DNA of 63,996 nucleotides, counting the filler, from Candidatus Woesearchaeota archaeon (lineage in GTDB: Archaea > Nanobdellota > Nanobdellia > Woesearchaeales > BM511), in assembly GCA_023266675.1 (NCBI GenBank). It is 4 parts of 4 records of this genome, joined end to end, with 100 filler letters (N's around TTAATTAATTAA, not from the genome) between each part and the next. Parts side by side here need not be neighbours in the genome. Positions count along the whole stretch, not along the records: positions 33,091 to 49,438 come from JAHFPP010000030.1; positions 49,539 to 63,996 come from JAHFPP010000035.1; 2 more parts are not named here. One strand, given 5' to 3'. Made by a program: the position numbers and the translations under genes. This document shows, in pieces, positions 47,658 through 57,405 of the stretch (positions within the stretch are counted from its first letter, which is position 1; each line of letters starts with the position of its first letter). Below the pieces are notes generated by a model. The model searched no databases. It was not told the origin of the DNA and was given only the letters and a program-made list of their open reading frames with translations.

Positions 47658-48884
47658 ATGAAACTAAAAAGACCGGAGATAATCGCACCAGTTGGGGACT
47701 TTGTAATGCTTCGCGCAGCAATTGACGCCAAATGCGATGCTGTATACTTTGGTACTGAAGAGCTGAACATGCGTGTTCGTGCAGGAAGTTTCAAGATTTC
47801 TGAATTAAAAAAAGTTGTGAAGCTATGCCATGAAAACAATGTGAAAGCGTATCTGACGCTAAACACAATAGTTTATGACAATGAAACAAAAAACGTGAAA
47901 AAGATAATAGCCGCTTCAAAAAAAGCCGGAATTGACGCAATAATATGCTGGGACATGTCGGTTGTAAATGAAGCGCTAAGACAAAAAATGAATGTGAATC
48001 TTTCAACGCAGGCGTCTGTCTCAAACTTTGAAGCTGTAAAATATTACGCTAACCTTGGAATTAAAAAAATAGTTCTTGCTCGCGAATGCACACTAACACA
48101 GATAAGAGAAATAATAAAAAAGATTAAAAAAGAAAAACTTGACGTTAAAATCGAGACATTTGTGCATGGCGCAATGTGCGTCTCAGTATCAGGAAGATGC
48201 TTTATCTCGCAGTTTATGCACTGCAAAAGCGCGAATCGAGGCGAATGCCTTCAGCCTTGCAGGCATGAATATGATATCATTGACCGCGAGACCGGCGAAA
48301 TGCTTACTGTTGACAATCATTATGTGATGTCTCCAAAAGATTTATGCGCGATAAGATTTGTTGACAAGCTGATTGAAGCAGGTATTGACAGCTTCAAAAT
48401 TGAAGGGCGTGTAAAGCCGCCTGAATACGTCAAAACTGTCGTTTCAGCTTACAGGGAAGCAGTTGACGCATATTTTGAAAAAAGATTTACAAAGGAGTTT
48501 GCAGAGGCGCTTGAAGAAAGACTAAAAACAGTCTTTAACAGGGGTTTTTCAGACGGATTTTTTATGGGAGAGCCGATTAATGAGTTCACGGATTCTTACG
48601 GCGGAAAAGCAACTGTAAAAAAAGATTTTCTTGGAGTCATAAAAAATTATTACTCAAAAATAAACGTTGCAGAGCTAAAAATTGAATCAAACAGCTTAAA
48701 AGTCGGCGACAAGATTATGATTCAAGGACCAACAACCGGGGTTGTTGAAGAGATTATTAACTCAATTCAAATTAACCATCGAGATGTGGACAAAGTGATT
48801 AAAGGCAAATCTGCCGCTGTGAAGCTAGCAAACAAAGTAAGATTGAATGACAAGGTTTTTTTGATTAAGGAAAGAAAGCAATAA
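47658..48884 (+). CDS. Peptidase U32 family protein (TrhP/RlhA-like Fe-S hydroxylation protein)
   Basis: FVHGAMCVSVSGRC...NRGECLQPCR, SPKDLC, FKIEGR. Confidence 0.92.
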   Translation: MKLKRPEIIAPVGDFVMLRAAIDAKCDAVYFGTEELNMRVRAGSFKISELKKVVKLCHENNVKAYLTLNTIVYDNETKNVKKIIAASKKAGIDAIICWDMSVVNEALRQKMNVNLSTQASVSNFEAVKYYANLGIKKIVLARECTLTQIREIIKKIKKEKLDVKIETFVHGAMCVSVSGRCFISQFMHCKSANRGECLQPCRHEYDIIDRETGEMLTVDNHYVMSPKDLCAIRFVDKLIEAGIDSFKIEGRVKPPEYVKTVVSAYREAVDAYFEKRFTKEFAEALEERLKTVFNRGFSDGFFMGEPINEFTDSYGGKATVKKDFLGVIKNYYSKINVAELKIESNSLKVGDKIMIQGPTTGVVEEIINSIQINHRDVDKVIKGKSAAVKLANKVRLNDKVFLIKERKQ

Positions 48885-48909
48885 AAGGAATAGATTAGTT
48901 CTAATTATT

Positions 48910-49380
48910 ATGAATTATGGGATTAACCTGGATTTAGACAGGATAGTTAGAGACTTACATAAATTTTCACATTTATATGAATCTAAAACTGAAGGAGGAT
49001 TAATTTTAATAAATTCACCTGTTGAAGATATGATAAAAAATGAGTATTATAAATCAGGAATTATAATTAGTGAGGAGAATAAATATTTAAAACAAATATT
49101 AGATTCACGAAAGTATGACTCTTTTGATCAGAAAGGATATATTTTTGTTCCTCCAAATGTAAGAATTGAAAGATTGGCTCAAAAGGATATTGGTTATGGA
49201 ATTTTAGGAACAGCAAATCTTTCGGCTGGAGTAATACAAATTCTTGAAACACTTTATGGAAAAGACTTTGAGGAAGTGTTGACTCATGAAACAATTCACC
49301 TTGAGAACTGGGACAAAAGCGAATCGTGGGTAAGATATGAGACTAAAAACAGATGCGATTTTCCAACGAGATTTCATTGA
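48910..49380 (+). CDS. Small zincin-like metalloprotease candidate
   Basis: HETIH (HExxH) with downstream E (SESWVR). Confidence 0.6.
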   Translation: MNYGINLDLDRIVRDLHKFSHLYESKTEGGLILINSPVEDMIKNEYYKSGIIISEENKYLKQILDSRKYDSFDQKGYIFVPPNVRIERLAQKDIGYGILGTANLSAGVIQILETLYGKDFEEVLTHETIHLENWDKSESWVRYETKNRCDFPTRFH

Positions 49381-49438
49381 TAATTGATGTTTGAACTAAA
49401 GAAAGCATATTTAGTTATGATTTGTCACGATATAAATC

Positions 49439-49538
49439 NNNNNNNNNNNNNNNNNNNNNNNNNNNNNNNNNNNNNNNNNNNNTTAATTAATTAANNNNNN
49501 NNNNNNNNNNNNNNNNNNNNNNNNNNNNNNNNNNNNNN
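49439..49538. other. Artificial contig linker
   Basis: N-run with TTAATTAATTAA. Confidence 0.98.
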
Positions 49539-49564
49539 CCACATTAGTTATGTTGTGATTTAAA

Positions 49565-50311
49565 ATGAAATTTGATTTAACCAAAATAAAGCTCAGCAAT
49601 AATGATATAAAAAGAAGATTAACATTACCGGATGAGATGTCTTGTGAACTGGCAGAGTTTATCGGAATTTTAACTGGAGACGGATATATCAATTATTATC
49701 CTTCTAACGAGTTGTATGTGATTGAAATTTCAGGAAATAAAATTTCTGATAAAGATTATTTAGAAAATTATGTCTCAATTCTTATTAAAAAACTGTTTAA
49801 CATTTCCCCAAAGATATATTATGCAAAAGAACAAAATACTATGTACTTGAGAATTCTGTCAAAAGGTCTTTTCAATTATCTAACATTACTCGGATTCAGT
49901 AATGGAAGAAAAGGGCAGATTGGAATTTCTCAAGTTATAAAAAATAATAAAAATTTTACAAGAGAATTTGTCAAAGGATTAGCTGACACAGATTTTTCTC
50001 TAAAGTTAATGAACAAACCATCTAAGAAATCAAAATATTATCCTATAATTGCACTAAGAGTAAAAAGCAAAAAATTAGTTTTTGAAGTAGGCAGTTTCTT
50101 AAAAGAAGAAGGATTTAATGTAAATATAATTGAGGATGAAATTTTGGTAGATAAAAGAGGATATAATAATACTATTTCTTCATCAATTATCCTGTCTGGA
50201 AGAAAAAACCTTGCAAAATGGATGTTCGAGATAAGTTTTAGAAACAAAAGTTATTTTGACAAATATAAAAAATATAATGAGAGTATAAAAAATGAGGGCG
50301 GAGGAATTTGA
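49565..50311 (+). CDS. Free-standing two-motif LAGLIDADG endonuclease-like protein
   Basis: LAEFIGILTGDG and FVKGLADTDFS helices; no Hint/intein motifs. Confidence 0.88.
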   Translation: MKFDLTKIKLSNNDIKRRLTLPDEMSCELAEFIGILTGDGYINYYPSNELYVIEISGNKISDKDYLENYVSILIKKLFNISPKIYYAKEQNTMYLRILSKGLFNYLTLLGFSNGRKGQIGISQVIKNNKNFTREFVKGLADTDFSLKLMNKPSKKSKYYPIIALRVKSKKLVFEVGSFLKEEGFNVNIIEDEILVDKRGYNNTISSSIILSGRKNLAKWMFEISFRNKSYFDKYKKYNESIKNEGGGI

Positions 50312-50399
50312 ATCCTCGACATTCCGCACTAAAAAGCTTGTAACCTTTCTAGCTGCACGGTCTTCAGCCGTGTACTCTCCCAGGCTGAGTTACGCCCCC
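50293..50399 (-). tRNA. tRNA-Phe(GAA) with 33-nt intron at position 44/45 (50322-50354)
   Basis: Acceptor GGGGGCG/CGCCCTC, D-arm ACTC/GAGT, anticodon arm CACGG-CTGAAGA-CCGTG, T-arm GAGGA-TTCAAAT-TCCTC. Confidence 0.92.
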
Positions 50400-50437
50400 A
50401 TTTATTCTTAAGAATTATGTCCTATTTAAAAACTTTA

Positions 50438-50848
50438 TTATATAATATCATCGTCATCAGCGTCAAATACAACTTCATCTTCAACAGAGTAGAGGTCTTC
50501 ATTGTCATCCTGTTTTGTTTCCTTCTTGTTTTGTGATATTGCTTCCTGCAAAGTCTCTTCACGCTCTACTACTTCTATTTTTCCGAATTTTCCTGCTGAG
50601 ACCTGCATTTCTCCTTTGTACTCATCAGCCCAGCCGTTTGTTATTCTTATCCGTTCACCTGATTTTATTTTTTCTGTTTCCTCGTTCCAAAGCGTTAGTT
50701 TGCATTCGCCAGTTTCATCCTTAATTGTTGCTTTCCCGACTTTTCCTTTTTTCCCGTCTTTGTCAAACTCCCTTGGTGTGTCAACATTCACAACTGTTGC
50801 TATGATTTCAACGTTTCCGGTTTTTGGCTTAAGTTCGTTTATTTTCAT
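50438..50848 (-). CDS. Single-stranded DNA-binding protein (single OB fold, acidic tail)
   Basis: MKINELKP, IKDETG..LTLWN, acidic C-terminus. Confidence 0.88.
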   Translation of the reverse strand: MKINELKPKTGNVEIIATVVNVDTPREFDKDGKKGKVGKATIKDETGECKLTLWNEETEKIKSGERIRITNGWADEYKGEMQVSAGKFGKIEVVEREETLQEAISQNKKETKQDDNEDLYSVEDEVVFDADDDDII

Positions 50849-52401
50849 GTTAATTCCTCAAATTTTACTTCTTGGTTAATTAGTTTTCTTATCGTGTCTT
50901 TTAGGTGAGTTATCTTTATTCTTACCTGTTTTGTTGAATCACGGTCTCTGATTGTGACGTCGTGTTTTTCCTTTGAATCATAATCAATTGTTACGCAGTA
51001 CGGGGTTCCGATTTCATCCTGCCTTGCGTATCTTCTTCCTATGGCGCCTGACGTGTCAAAGAATGAAACAAACTCTTTTTGCAGGTCTTTGTGGATTTTA
51101 TGCGCTAGTTCAAAGAGTCCGTCTTTTTTCATTAATGGAAGCACGGCTACTTTGTTTGGCGCAAGTTTTGGATGAAGTTTTAAAACAACCCAGTCCCTTT
51201 CTTTGTTTTCAGGTTCATGCGTGTAAGCGTCGTATAAGAATGTGAGCAGTGCGCGTCCTATGCCTTGTGAAGGTTCAATTACGTGTCCTAAAACTTTTTC
51301 TTTTGTTTCTTCATCAAACACTTTTAGGTCTTTTTTTGAAAATTCTTCGTGGCGTGTTAAATCAAATGTTCCTCTGTCTGCCATGCCATGTATTTCCTGC
51401 CAGCCAAACGGAAACTTATATTCAATATCAAAGCATGCTGTTGAGTAATGCGCAAGCTCTTCGCTTAGGTGCTCTCTTAATCGTATGTTGTTTGGATTAA
51501 TTCCTAAATCAAGGAACCATTTATAGACCTGTGAAAGCCAGTACGCATGCCATCTGTTTTTGATTATTTTTTCGTCGTATAATCTTTGGAACGTGTATAC
51601 TTTATGCTGGTTGTTGTTTTTCTGTGAGTGTGAAGTGTGAATGTTTACTTCCATCTCTTTTATTTCTTCAAAATAAGGGCAGTCATCAATTTTTTTTGGG
51701 TGAATGAAAAATTCTATCTCCGCCTGTTCAAACTCCCTTACCCTGAACAAAAAGTTTCTTGGGGATATCTCGTTTCTAAACGCTTTTCCTATCTGTGCTA
51801 TTCCAAAAGGAAGCTTTACACGCCCAGTGTCGTATATCAGTTTGTAGTTTGTGAAAATAAGTTGCGCAGTTTCAGGCCTAAGATATGATATTGATGATTT
51901 GTCCTGGACTGGTCCAACGCTTGTTGAAAGCATGAGGTTGAATGTGTCTGCTTTGTCAAGCTCTCCTTCGCAAGTCTGGCATTTGATATTGTTCTCTTCA
52001 ATTTTCTTGTTAATTTCTTCCTTGGAGAGTCCGTCAGCCTGAATTTTAAGAACTTCATTGATTAAGTGGTCTCCTCTTACTCTTGCATGGCACTTTTTGC
52101 ACTCTACAAGTATGTCTCCAAAGTTGTCAACGTGGCCTGATGCTTTCCAGACCATTGGGTGCGATAATATTGCGCCGTCAATTCCAACAACGTCATCCCT
52201 TTCCTGAACAAAAGTTTTCCAGTACGAATTTTTTATGTTGTTGTTAAGTTCAACGCCAAGCGGTCCGTAATCGTAGAATCCTGCAAACGAGCCGTAAATC
52301 TCTGAGTTTTGAAACACAAAACCTTTTCTTTTGCAAAAGCCTGCCATCTCCTCAGTTGACTGCCTGATTAGCTTTTCCTTTACTTCTTTATCTTTATCCA
52401 C
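50845..52401 (-). CDS. glyS: Glycine--tRNA ligase (archaeal/eukaryal alpha2 type)
   Basis: YDYGPLG, YLRPETAQ, FRNEISPR, GRRYARQDEIGTP. Confidence 0.97.
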   Translation of the reverse strand: MDKDKEVKEKLIRQSTEEMAGFCKRKGFVFQNSEIYGSFAGFYDYGPLGVELNNNIKNSYWKTFVQERDDVVGIDGAILSHPMVWKASGHVDNFGDILVECKKCHARVRGDHLINEVLKIQADGLSKEEINKKIEENNIKCQTCEGELDKADTFNLMLSTSVGPVQDKSSISYLRPETAQLIFTNYKLIYDTGRVKLPFGIAQIGKAFRNEISPRNFLFRVREFEQAEIEFFIHPKKIDDCPYFEEIKEMEVNIHTSHSQKNNNQHKVYTFQRLYDEKIIKNRWHAYWLSQVYKWFLDLGINPNNIRLREHLSEELAHYSTACFDIEYKFPFGWQEIHGMADRGTFDLTRHEEFSKKDLKVFDEETKEKVLGHVIEPSQGIGRALLTFLYDAYTHEPENKERDWVVLKLHPKLAPNKVAVLPLMKKDGLFELAHKIHKDLQKEFVSFFDTSGAIGRRYARQDEIGTPYCVTIDYDSKEKHDVTIRDRDSTKQVRIKITHLKDTIRKLINQEVKFEELT

Positions 52402-52474
52402 TCTAAAACACCTTGTTTCTATCTATAGACTCAGACACGCGTGTTATATTTAAAGTTTGCGGGGATTTGAGAAC

Positions 52475-52657
52475 TCACTTATTGATTAACTCTCTACGAA
52501 ATGATTCAACGTCTGAGAGCTTAATTTCTGGGAAAGTAACATTATTATATTCACAATCGCGACAATTTTCCATAGAAAATCCTGATTTACTCACTTTGTT
52601 GTATACATCTATACTTCCGCATTTTGGACAAATCGAAACATATTCATCTTTCTTCAT
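52475..52657 (-). CDS. Small zinc-ribbon protein
   Basis: CPKCGS...CRDC. Confidence 0.65.
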   Translation of the reverse strand: MKKDEYVSICPKCGSIDVYNKVSKSGFSMENCRDCEYNNVTFPEIKLSDVESFRRELINK

Positions 52658-52740
52658 TTATTCAACTCTTATGATTAATTTCGTATTATTCTGGTATCTT
52701 TCTTACATCGTCTGAATTAAGGTTATAAAAGCTAATGCAG

Positions 52741-53442
52741 TCATTTTTTATCTTGCTTAATCCAAACCTGAATTTTCTGAAACGGAATATGGAATACAGG
52801 ATTACTTCCCAATATCATAATTTCTTTACCTGTAAATTTGGCAGATAAAATTGGAAATGATTCTATGAAACCCCTAATTCCTACTCCAAATCCAACTAGC
52901 CATGCTAAAAAGAAGATAGGTAGTCCAAAAGTTGATTCCATATTATCTGTAACTCCTATAATCATTCCTATTGCCCATGCACAGATAAATAAAGTGGAAC
53001 CCAATGGTCTATTATAAAAAACATTATAAGTATCATTACCTTTATTTTGTATTGCCTTATTAAAAAACAATCCTTTAGTAATTTGTCCTCTAATTTTTGG
53101 CAATGTGTTATTATGATCCGTGCTTATCCATAATTCGTAGGGTTGTGAAATACTTAACCATTTTCCTCTTTGTATTGTTTTTCCATTAATACTTGCAAGG
53201 ATAATTTTTCTTGAATCCCAGAACAATAATAAATTTATAAAAAACCATAGACTTAATGAAATTACATACCCTGGAGAGTATGCTTTGAACATTCCTCCTT
53301 CAAGAGTTACATAACGAAAAAAGAAGATAGCAAAAACAATGAACAGTGCAAAATATATGATGAGTGTAATGAGGTTTCTGCGGTAAATAATATGCTTTTT
53401 TCTATCTCTTTGATTCTCCTGCACATTGTAAAAAAAATTCAT
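52741..53442 (-). CDS. Membrane protein with internally duplicated two-TM module
   Basis: Two halves each: I/V.Y.R - two TMs - DS/ES.PIL.A...GK.I...P...L/V-WI. Confidence 0.65.
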   Translation of the reverse strand: MNFFYNVQENQRDRKKHIIYRRNLITLIIYFALFIVFAIFFFRYVTLEGGMFKAYSPGYVISLSLWFFINLLLFWDSRKIILASINGKTIQRGKWLSISQPYELWISTDHNNTLPKIRGQITKGLFFNKAIQNKGNDTYNVFYNRPLGSTLFICAWAIGMIIGVTDNMESTFGLPIFFLAWLVGFGVGIRGFIESFPILSAKFTGKEIMILGSNPVFHIPFQKIQVWIKQDKK

Positions 53443-53984
53443 AAATCATCATTCTCATGTTTGTTCATTTCTCTTTTAGTTCTCCACTTCTTTCGAAAAA
53501 TTTTAGACCACCTATATCCAGGGTGTAGTCTTCTTAATAAGATAAATGCAATAATCCCAAATGGTAACATAACTAGAAAATCTAGAATTGAATGTGATAA
53601 AGCTGCTCTTAAAAAAGGATACAATATTGACATAATATAAACCCACGCAAATCCTTTTCGTGAGTAAATAGCAATCATTAAAACAAGTAAAGGAATCAAC
53701 CATTTTTGAGGTAAAAGAATCAGCGGCCATATCTTAGGATTTGTCACAACAAAATAAACTATTAACGCTATAACCTCTAAAATAAATAATATAATGGCAT
53801 ATCCAAAAAAGATATTGTTTAATAAACGACTCTCAATAAAATTCTTATGTTCAGGATATTGCTCTAATTGTTTTTCCCACAACCCTTCTCTATATTTATC
53901 TTTAAGATATTTCTCAATTTTTGATTTAGATACACCTTTAGATAATTCTGTTTCAATATAATCCTTACATTCTTTCATAGTCAT
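53439..53984 (-). CDS. Hypothetical membrane protein
   Basis: Helical N-terminus, about four TMs. Confidence 0.65.
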   Translation of the reverse strand: MTMKECKDYIETELSKGVSKSKIEKYLKDKYREGLWEKQLEQYPEHKNFIESRLLNNIFFGYAIILFILEVIALIVYFVVTNPKIWPLILLPQKWLIPLLVLMIAIYSRKGFAWVYIMSILYPFLRAALSHSILDFLVMLPFGIIAFILLRRLHPGYRWSKIFRKKWRTKREMNKHENDDL

Positions 53985-54002
53985 TTTTCAATCACTCTAT
54001 TT

Positions 54003-54929
54003 TTAATCTAAATAAGAGGGAATAATAATAACCCACAACACTACTCCAATTAATATCGCTACTGTCTCTCCATCTGTCAAGTCAAAGAATCTTCTTTTTG
54101 GAAGTATCGCCTGAGTTTTGTCCCAGAAATCATTCAATGTATCCTGTATTATAATCATGGGGATTATACTTACAAAAGTTAATCCTATAAGAATTGCTAA
54201 TCCTAAGAATCCATTAAACTCTTTTGACAAACGAGGCATTGTTGCTAATATTATAAACCAAAAAGTTATCCATCCGGGTGACCACTCAACTTTTATTAAC
54301 TTCTCTTTAACATAAAACTTTATTCTTTCAAACTGGTGATAAAACATGAAAAAATTTACAATTGGAATAAAAAAACAGATATAATTCCATGCACTAATAT
54401 CCTCACGAGTATTTTCCTCTAAATCTTTCCAATTTTTAAATAACCAAACAAGTTTATAAGTCCCTAAAGAAATAACTGTTAAAAACACCAATTTGTTATC
54501 AGTAAGATGATTTGAATACTCCTTTTCTCCTGAAAAATTTGATTTAACTAAAAGGTTGATAGAAAACATTAAAGGCACAAATGGGAATATGAATGCAATT
54601 AAATTTACTATGTCAGAGCTAACTCCAAAAAAAGGAATATATAACATAAACGGTATAATAAAACTGCATAATCCAAAAACGGATAAAATGATTGATGCAT
54701 AACTACTTTTGTTTCTTATAGTTTTTATAATCATAAAAATTCCAACAATAAAAAAAGTGAGTAAACAGATAGCAACAATAACATCAGAAATCATAATAAC
54801 TATCTGAGATGTATTTGCAATAAGTTTGTAGACTATATCGGATAAGATAATTAAAGAAAATATAATTAGAGAGAATATTATATACCATTTAGGAACTTCT
54901 TCTCGTCTAATTTTAATTTTTTTTGTCAT
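54003..54929 (-). CDS. Multi-pass membrane protein, DUF4234-like C-terminal region
   Basis: SLGTYKLVWLFKNW...IPIVN...QDTLNDFW. Confidence 0.65.
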   Translation of the reverse strand: MTKKIKIRREEVPKWYIIFSLIIFSLIILSDIVYKLIANTSQIVIMISDVIVAICLLTFFIVGIFMIIKTIRNKSSYASIILSVFGLCSFIIPFMLYIPFFGVSSDIVNLIAFIFPFVPLMFSINLLVKSNFSGEKEYSNHLTDNKLVFLTVISLGTYKLVWLFKNWKDLEENTREDISAWNYICFFIPIVNFFMFYHQFERIKFYVKEKLIKVEWSPGWITFWFIILATMPRLSKEFNGFLGLAILIGLTFVSIIPMIIIQDTLNDFWDKTQAILPKRRFFDLTDGETVAILIGVVLWVIIIPSYLD

Positions 54930-54964
54930 TTTTTAAAAAATAAATAATTAATAAAAAATAAAAT

Positions 54965-55849
54965 CTAAGTTTCTTTCAGCGTTATGCCGTCTCTGTCAGG
55001 TCCTTTTCCTGAGAAGAGGTCGCCTATCAATAGGTTTGGCGTGACTCCTTTGTTGGTTATGATTATTTTGGAGTTGTCTTTCATGGTTGTTTCCATCATC
55101 TCAAGCGCTTTAAGCTTTTGGGCGTTACCAACAAAGTATTTTTTTGCGGCTTCATTCACTTTCTTTATTGCCTCGGCTTTTGCGCTTGCTTCAATAGTTA
55201 CTGCTTTCGCGTTTCCTTCTGCAATCTTGATTGCCCTTCTTCTTTCTCCGTCAGCCATTGTTTCGTTTGCTGTGGCAAAGTCTATAGCAGCCTGCTTCTC
55301 GTTTTCCGCTTTTACAACTTTGTTCATTGTTTCCTGAACATCCTGCGGAGGGTTAATCTCTTTAAGCTCGGTTCTTACAACTTCAATTCCCCATGACTTT
55401 GTTTCTTTTATGAGAGTTACCATAAGATTTCGATTTATCGAATCTCTTTTGCTGTTTGCGTCATTCAAGCTCATTGTCCCAATTATATTTCTTAAAGTTG
55501 TTCTTGCAAGCTGTACAATCTGCTCTTCATAGTCAAACACATTATACTGGGATGCTTTAACATTGTTTTCATCAGATTTTACTTTAAAATATACTTGTGC
55601 GTCAACTGTTGCGTTAAGCTTGTCCTTTGTGATTATCTCCTGGGGGTCAGCGTCAACCATCATCTCAGTTATGTTTACTTTGACCATGTTATAAAATGGG
55701 AATGCAAGCCAGTGAAAACCTGGCCCTGCAAATGAATTGTATTTTCCAAGAAGTTCTATAAGTCCTTTCTCTGTTGGCCTAACTATTCTTACTCCGATTG
55801 CAAAGTAAATCACTGCAGCACCGATTGCTATTATCATCCATATTTCCAT
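54965..55849 (-). CDS. SPFH/band 7 (stomatin-like) protein
   Basis: N-terminal TM, PGFHW, QEIITKD, RTTLRNIIG, WGIEV, AE-rich coil. Confidence 0.93.
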   Translation of the reverse strand: MEIWMIIAIGAAVIYFAIGVRIVRPTEKGLIELLGKYNSFAGPGFHWLAFPFYNMVKVNITEMMVDADPQEIITKDKLNATVDAQVYFKVKSDENNVKASQYNVFDYEEQIVQLARTTLRNIIGTMSLNDANSKRDSINRNLMVTLIKETKSWGIEVVRTELKEINPPQDVQETMNKVVKAENEKQAAIDFATANETMADGERRRAIKIAEGNAKAVTIEASAKAEAIKKVNEAAKKYFVGNAQKLKALEMMETTMKDNSKIIITNKGVTPNLLIGDLFSGKGPDRDGITLKET

Positions 55850-55853
55850 ATTC

Positions 55854-56333
55854 TCATTCCCCCTCAATTTTAAAGTTTGTTATCTGGTTTAGGTTTAGCA
55901 TTATTTTTTCAAATGAATACACTTCTTTTCCAAAGTGTTTTTGCAAATCAAGTTCATACCAGATTTGTCCGGATGTCAAAGCTCTTTTAATATCATTGTA
56001 CAAAGTCTCAGCCTGTAATTTACTTAACTCATTAAACTCTATCAAGTTTCCATCCTGCTGACTTATCTTTATAGAATACCCAATATTTTCAATAGGGCTC
56101 TCTTCTTCAGTTTCTGCGTCATCCTCTACTTTCTCTTTTTCTTCGCAAAGATGCTTGCTTTTCTCAAAATGCTTTGGGCATAAAAAATCTCCGCATATCT
56201 TGCAGGATTTTAAATTGCTGTTTTTTGATTCGTAACAAGAAATACACTCTTCATAATCACAATTAGCGTTTGAACATGGCTTAGTACTGCCAAAAAAACC
56301 AATATTGGATCTGCACTTTCCGCACTTACCCAT
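55854..56333 (-). CDS. Zinc-finger protein
   Basis: Multiple CxxC pairs and CPKH..HLC in N-terminal 65 aa. Confidence 0.65.
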   Translation of the reverse strand: MGKCGKCRSNIGFFGSTKPCSNANCDYEECISCYESKNSNLKSCKICGDFLCPKHFEKSKHLCEEKEKVEDDAETEEESPIENIGYSIKISQQDGNLIEFNELSKLQAETLYNDIKRALTSGQIWYELDLQKHFGKEVYSFEKIMLNLNQITNFKIEGE

Positions 56334-56509
56334 AGTTTCCCCCTCTTGATAATTATAATAGCGACTTTATCAATTAAACAATTTTTTATAAAGAATGATT
56401 ATTCTACTTATAAAGATTCTCACTTTTTAGTGTGTTAAGGTATAAACCGCTTAAATCTCTATCTAACCAACCTATTTATTTTATATATCAATTCTTATTT
56501 TTTGTTCTT

Positions 56510-57157
56510 ATGAAGTCTTACAGCACAATAATTTTTGACCTTGATGGAGTTATCATAGACCAAAGCATCGGGATAACCGAGTCAGTCAAATACGCGCTTT
56601 TAAAGTTTGGAATAGAAGAAAAGAACAATGACACGCTTCTTAGTTTTATTGGACCAAATCTTAAAAGCTCGTTTATGAGGGTGTATGGGTTTGATGAAAA
56701 AAAGGCAATGGAAGCTGTTGGATATTACCGTGAGACTTACAAGTTAAAAGGAATCTATGAATTCAAAGTTTATGAAGGAATAGCATCCATGCTTTCTACT
56801 TTAAGCAAGGAAGGAAAAAAGCTTTTTGTTGCAACAACAAAACCAAAAGCATTTGCAGAAACAGTATTAAAGCATGCAAACATTGATTCATACTTCAATT
56901 TTATCCACGGTGACACAATGAGTTATGATGTGACAAAGGCAAAAATGATAAAAATGATATTAGATACGTTGGAAAATAACGACTTTTCAAATGTTGTAAT
57001 GGTTGGAGACAGAGATTCAGATATATATGCAGCTAAAGAAAACAAAATTGACAGCATAGGCGTGACTTACGGATTTGGAACAGTTGATGAATTAAGACGC
57101 GCGAATGCAACAATGATTGTGAATTCAGTTTCTGAGTTAAAAGAAAGATTGAGATAA
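56510..57157 (+). CDS. HAD-family phosphatase (Gph/5'-nucleotidase-like)
   Basis: IFDLDGV, VATTK, MVGDRDSD. Confidence 0.88.
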   Translation: MKSYSTIIFDLDGVIIDQSIGITESVKYALLKFGIEEKNNDTLLSFIGPNLKSSFMRVYGFDEKKAMEAVGYYRETYKLKGIYEFKVYEGIASMLSTLSKEGKKLFVATTKPKAFAETVLKHANIDSYFNFIHGDTMSYDVTKAKMIKMILDTLENNDFSNVVMVGDRDSDIYAAKENKIDSIGVTYGFGTVDELRRANATMIVNSVSELKERLR

Positions 57158-57189
57158 TTATAAAAAAATATAAATCAAAAAATTAATGT

Positions 57190-57369
57190 TTATTTCTTTT
57201 TTACAAGAAAATAGTATACTGCTGCTGTTATGATGCTAAAAATCACTGCAGCAACAACCCATATTAATTTTGTTGTATTGTCCATTCGCTTCTGTTTTGT
57301 CATTATATCATATATTACCCAGACTGCACAGACTAGCGCAATTATTCCAAAAAATCCAAATCCAAACAT
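57190..57369 (-). CDS. Small PLDc N-terminal domain-like membrane protein (59 aa)
   Basis: Not in ORF track; MFGFGFFGIIALVCAVWVIYDI...KLIWVVAAVIFSIITAAVYYFLVKKK; GGAGGGG upstream. Confidence 0.75.
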   Translation of the reverse strand: MFGFGFFGIIALVCAVWVIYDIMTKQKRMDNTTKLIWVVAAVIFSIITAAVYYFLVKKK

Positions 57370-57405
57370 AGTTTCCCCTCCAATTCTCCTTAATCTTTTT
57401 GGTAA

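Noticed and set aside
49565..50311. LAGLIDADG as part of an intein or the tRNA intron
   Set aside because: No Hint-domain or terminal HN motifs; the tRNA intron is only 33 nt and the ORF is outside it on the other strand
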